Both the position numbers and the translations under genes were made by a program. From the NCBI GenBank assembly GCA_003707115.1, contig PPNB01000021.1, positions 124,001 to 146,642 of the forward strand: a DNA stretch of 22,642 nt, in the 5' to 3' direction. The stretch comes from Tortispora ganteri (Eukaryota). Below, one piece after another: positions 19,469 through 22,642 of the stretch. The first letter of the stretch is position 1. Each line of letters starts with the position of its first letter. The notes under the pieces were generated by a model, which saw only the letters and a program-made list of their open reading frames with translations, made no database searches and was not told where the DNA came from.

Positions 19469-19615
19469 CTGTATTGGTGTTGAAAGTAGATTAGTCAGTC
19501 ATCCTTCAATAAACAGCCGCAAAAAAAATAATAGAAAAGGGTAAGGGTTGATGATAAAGCTGGGTAATTCTCCGCGCTAACGCCAAAGCTGACTGAGAGT
19601 ACTTTACTTGCTTAC
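19469..19615 (-). other. Predicted 147-nt spliceosomal intron in the THR1 5'UTR
   Basis: Minus strand: donor GTAAGC (19615-19610), branch GACTAAT (19496-19490), acceptor TACAG ending at 19469, then G-ATG (19467). Confidence 0.6.
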
Positions 19616-19725
19616 TTGTTAGCCTTTACAGCGAAATATTCTCCTTAATTAAGAAGAAAAAAAAACTTTAAAATTTTCTCGCAAGGGGTGATAAAGACAG
19701 CACTAGTCCGCTCCTCGTAGCACCT

Positions 19726-19731
19726 TGACTC
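19726..19731 (+). promoter_or_regulatory. TGACTC (Bas1/Gcn4-type core site) in the divergent THR1/ADE5,7 promoter
   Basis: Exact TGACTC 28 nt upstream of the ADE5,7 ATG. This is the known Bas1/Gcn4 core in S. cerevisiae ADE promoters, but a single 6-mer is weak evidence. Confidence 0.35.
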
Positions 19732-19759
19732 TTCTTTTTTTTATTACTATACTACTGCA

Positions 19760-22105
19760 ATGAATGTACTTGTAATTGGAAACGGTGGCCGTGAGCACGC
19801 TATTTGCTGGAAACTGAGCCAGTCGGCTTTGGTCGAAAAGATCTTCGCTGCGCCAGGCAACGGTGGCACTGCTTCGACCACCAAGACCGCCAATATTGAT
19901 ATATCTGCCTCAGATTTTCCTGCTCTGGTAGATTTTGCCACTAAAAACGACATTGGCTTGGTTGTACCTGGTCCCGAGCAGCCGCTCGTTGACGGTGTGG
20001 AATCCTGCTTCCGCAAAGTAGGCATCCCCGTATTTGGACCATCTGCTACCGCTGCTCAGATGGAAGGCTCGAAAACGTTCTCGAAGGACTTCATGGCGCG
20101 TCACAATATTCCTACAGCAACGTATGCGAACTTCTCTGATTTCGATGCCGCAGTCGCCTACCTCCAGTCTGTAGACCATCGTGTCGTCATAAAAGCCTCT
20201 GGGCTTGCAGCGGGTAAAGGTGTATTGATCCCAGAATCGAAACAGGAAGCCATTGAAGCTCTGCAGCTTATAATGGTGCAGAAGGAGTTTGGATCCGCAG
20301 GATCAGAAGTAGTCATTGAAGAATACCTTGAAGGTGATGAATTGAGTATACTAGCGTTCTCTGACGGCTACACTGTTGTTGACCTGCCTCCCGCGCAAGA
20401 CCATAAGCGTGCTCTCGATGGCGACAAAGGACTCAACACCGGCGGAATGGGCGCATATGCTCCTGCTCCGATCGGAACGCCTGAACTCATTCAGCAGATC
20501 AGACAGACTATATTAAAACCTACCGTCGACGGTATGCGTCACGATGGTTTCCCTATGGTTGGCATGCTATTTGTCGGCATCATGCTGACCGCTTCTGGAC
20601 CCAAAGTCCTTGAATATAATGTACGGTTTGGTGATCCAGAAACCCAGACACTTCTTCCTCTTCTAGAAACGGATCTTTGCCAGATTATGCTTGCTTGTAC
20701 TAGCCACACACTGGACGCCGTAAAGTTTTCTATCCGTTCTGGATATGCAGCCACTGTGGTCATGGCCGCAGGTGGATATCCGGGATCTTACAAAAAAGGA
20801 GACATCATTTCCATCGCTGGCACCTCAACTTTCGCCAATGGCGCCAACATCTTCCATGCAGGAACCTCTGTCAACAGCCACAACGAACTGGTAACCAACG
20901 GAGGCCGTGTAATTGCGGCTTCAGCTGTAGCAGAAACACTAGAAGGTGCAGTTGCTGCTGCATACAAGGGTGTGGATGCTGTATCGTTTGATGGCAAGTA
21001 CAACAGAACCGATATCGCGCATCGTGCATTTCGCGATGCAAATAAAGCGCCTAAAGGACTCACTTACGCTGCTGCGGGTGTGTCTGTAGCTAGAGGCAAC
21101 GAATTGGTTCAAGAAATAAAAGCAATTGTGAAATCTACGAAAAGGCCTGGTACAGATTCAGATATCGGAGGGTTTGGCGGCCTTTTTGATCTTAAAGCCG
21201 CAGGGTTTGTAGACCCGCTTTTAGTTGCCGCTACCGATGGTGTAGGATCTAAGCTCATGCTCGCTACAGCTATGAACAAGCACAGCACCGTTGGAATTGA
21301 TCTCGTGGCCATGAATGTGAATGACCTTGTAGTACAGGGAGCTGAGCCTTTGATGTTTTTGGATTACTTTGCTTGCTCTAAATTAGACATTCAAATAGCT
21401 CGTGACTTTGTTTTTGGAGTTGCTGAGGGCTGTAAAATGGCAGGATGCGCTTTAGTAGGTGGTGAAACATCAGAAATGCCTGGATTATATCATGGGGATG
21501 ACTATGACACTAATGGAACTGCTATTGGTGCAGTATCCAAAGACGCGATTCTGCCGCGATTGGACGCTATGAAAGCCGGTGACGTTCTACTAGGTCTTGG
21601 ATCGGATGGCGTACATTCTAATGGATTCTCATTAGTGCGAAAAATTGTGGAAAGATCAGGACTCTCTTACACATCGGCGGCTCCGTTTGACCCTACAAAG
21701 CTACTGGGAGACGTGCTGTTAGCACCTACTCGCATATATGTCAAACCAGTACTCAAAGCTGTCCAGACAGGAAAGGTTTTGGGACTTTCACATATTACAG
21801 GAGGCGGGCTTTTGGAAAACATTCCGAGAGCCTTGCCTAGCCATCTGGCCGCGGAATTAGATGCCACAAGCTGGCCACGTCTCCCTGTGTTCGACTGGCT
21901 ACAAAAGACCGGTAACGTGCCTGTGGATGATATGTGTCTTACGTTTAATAATGGCATCGGCATGGTATGCATTGTACCTGCAGAAGCAGCTGATGAGCTA
22001 AAATCAACTTTCCAATTAGAAGGCGAGAAAGTGTATACGATTGGAACACTGGTCAACAAGTGCAAGGAATCTGTGATTATCAAAAACAAGTCTATTTGGG
22101 CTTAA
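19760..22105 (+). CDS. ADE5,7: Bifunctional phosphoribosylamine-glycine ligase / AIR synthetase (GARS-AIRS)
   Basis: GNGGREHA, GPEQPL, EGSKTFSKDFM, KASGLAAGKGV, NTGGMGAY and EYNVRFGDPE (GARS), then LTYAAAGV, GGFGG, TDGVGSK, GGETSEMPG and HITGGGL (AIRS). Confidence 0.98.
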   Translation: MNVLVIGNGGREHAICWKLSQSALVEKIFAAPGNGGTASTTKTANIDISASDFPALVDFATKNDIGLVVPGPEQPLVDGVESCFRKVGIPVFGPSATAAQMEGSKTFSKDFMARHNIPTATYANFSDFDAAVAYLQSVDHRVVIKASGLAAGKGVLIPESKQEAIEALQLIMVQKEFGSAGSEVVIEEYLEGDELSILAFSDGYTVVDLPPAQDHKRALDGDKGLNTGGMGAYAPAPIGTPELIQQIRQTILKPTVDGMRHDGFPMVGMLFVGIMLTASGPKVLEYNVRFGDPETQTLLPLLETDLCQIMLACTSHTLDAVKFSIRSGYAATVVMAAGGYPGSYKKGDIISIAGTSTFANGANIFHAGTSVNSHNELVTNGGRVIAASAVAETLEGAVAAAYKGVDAVSFDGKYNRTDIAHRAFRDANKAPKGLTYAAAGVSVARGNELVQEIKAIVKSTKRPGTDSDIGGFGGLFDLKAAGFVDPLLVAATDGVGSKLMLATAMNKHSTVGIDLVAMNVNDLVVQGAEPLMFLDYFACSKLDIQIARDFVFGVAEGCKMAGCALVGGETSEMPGLYHGDDYDTNGTAIGAVSKDAILPRLDAMKAGDVLLGLGSDGVHSNGFSLVRKIVERSGLSYTSAAPFDPTKLLGDVLLAPTRIYVKPVLKAVQTGKVLGLSHITGGGLLENIPRALPSHLAAELDATSWPRLPVFDWLQKTGNVPVDDMCLTFNNGIGMVCIVPAEAADELKSTFQLEGEKVYTIGTLVNKCKESVIIKNKSIWA

Positions 22106-22207
22106 AAACTTGGTATATTATTGTGTATTTAAAAAACAAATATACACGGAATCGCAATTTTCGTTAATAAGTGCACAAAATAATAGACGTAAGGGATGTA
22201 TCAATCA

Positions 22208-22642
22208 CTAGAAGTTTTTGGGTACAGGTTTAATATCAGAAGACCCTTGAACACTAATAGTGGTATCAAATTCCAGCAGAGTTATATACCGACCCAGGAC
22301 AGACACACTACCAATAGCGTGCTCTACTGATACATAACGCAAAGGATACCATAAATTAGCTTCCAGATTAATCTCAAGTTCTGCACTTCCGGAACCACCA
22401 GATAATAGAGAAATCTGGAAATTAATTTTTGCCGTGGTATTTGTACCACCTTCTCCTATCGCTCTCATATCTTTGCACGACATAGCTGAACCACCTAGGT
22501 ATAAGTAACTATCGTGGTAAAACGTCGTCGTAAGTAACCCAGGATTACTTAATATGCTATTCACCGTTATGATATTGCTTACGCCATTAGTTCTTATATA
22601 GAACAAAGTCTCAGATATTATAACTGTAGCATGCGGTACCAG
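22208..22642 (-). CDS. 3' end of a gene with a diverged PA14/GLEYA (flocculin lectin)-like domain; 5'-truncated by the window edge
   Basis: Frame is open to the window edge (LVPHATVIISETLFYIR...). HDSYLYLGGSAMSC resembles Flo DDSAILSVGG..AF.CC, and INLEANLWYPLRYV resembles L.AG.YYPM+IV. Confidence 0.5.
   Translation of the reverse strand: MVPHATVIISETLFYIRTNGVSNIITVNSILSNPGLLTTTFYHDSYLYLGGSAMSCKDMRAIGEGGTNTTAKINFQISLLSGGSGSAELEINLEANLWYPLRYVSVEHAIGSVSVLGRYITLLEFDTTISVQGSSDIKPVPKNF

Noticed and set aside
19548..19596. TGATGA...CTGA on the plus strand as a box C/D snoRNA
   Set aside because: Only about 50 nt long, with no terminal stem flanking the boxes and no recognisable guide; it is antisense to the predicted intron.
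19469..19615. TPP riboswitch in the THR1 5'UTR intron
   Set aside because: The sense strand lacks the CUGAGA and CUGAU...UAAU...GCG aptamer motifs, and THR1 is not a thiamine gene.
19615..19623. GCTAAC-AAG immediately before the THR1 donor, suggesting a twin or nested intron
   Set aside because: No consensus upstream donor was found before the ADE5,7 start.
1..22642. Alternative CUG genetic code
   Set aside because: CTG occupies conserved Leu positions, e.g. PVLHF and GLFA in the fumarate reductase, which supports the standard code.
1..22642. Functional gene cluster, mobile element, CRISPR array, tRNA or rRNA
   Set aside because: The genes are functionally unrelated housekeeping loci, and I saw no terminal repeats, transposase/RT motifs, spaced repeats or tRNA boxes.

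Overview
Gene-dense, intron-poor ascomycete (yeast-like) nuclear DNA using the standard code: CTG codes conserved Leu, e.g. PVLHF and GLFA in the fumarate reductase. It holds 15 protein-coding genes, mostly housekeeping: 5'-truncated fumarate reductase/cytochrome b5 fusion, SSB-type Hsp70, a Cys-rich putative GPI protein, SAS4, TAF2, CDC26, MIX14, VAS1, CK2 alpha, RPP1, EPT1/CPT1, USB1, THR1, ADE5,7, and a 5'-truncated PA14/GLEYA-like ORF. I saw no tRNA, rRNA, transposon or CRISPR, and no evidence of a new multi-gene system. The most interesting signals are small and regulatory. (1) VAS1 has an in-frame, ATG-less, mitochondrial-presequence-like extension, probably started at ACG or CTG. (2) THR1 has a predicted structured 5'UTR intron containing a Met-Thr-Asp uORF that overlaps the branch point. 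(3) RPP1 and EPT1 overlap tail-to-tail across a near-palindromic junction. (4) THR1-USB1-EPT1 are packed extremely tightly in tandem. All family calls come from recognising motifs by eye; no searches were run.
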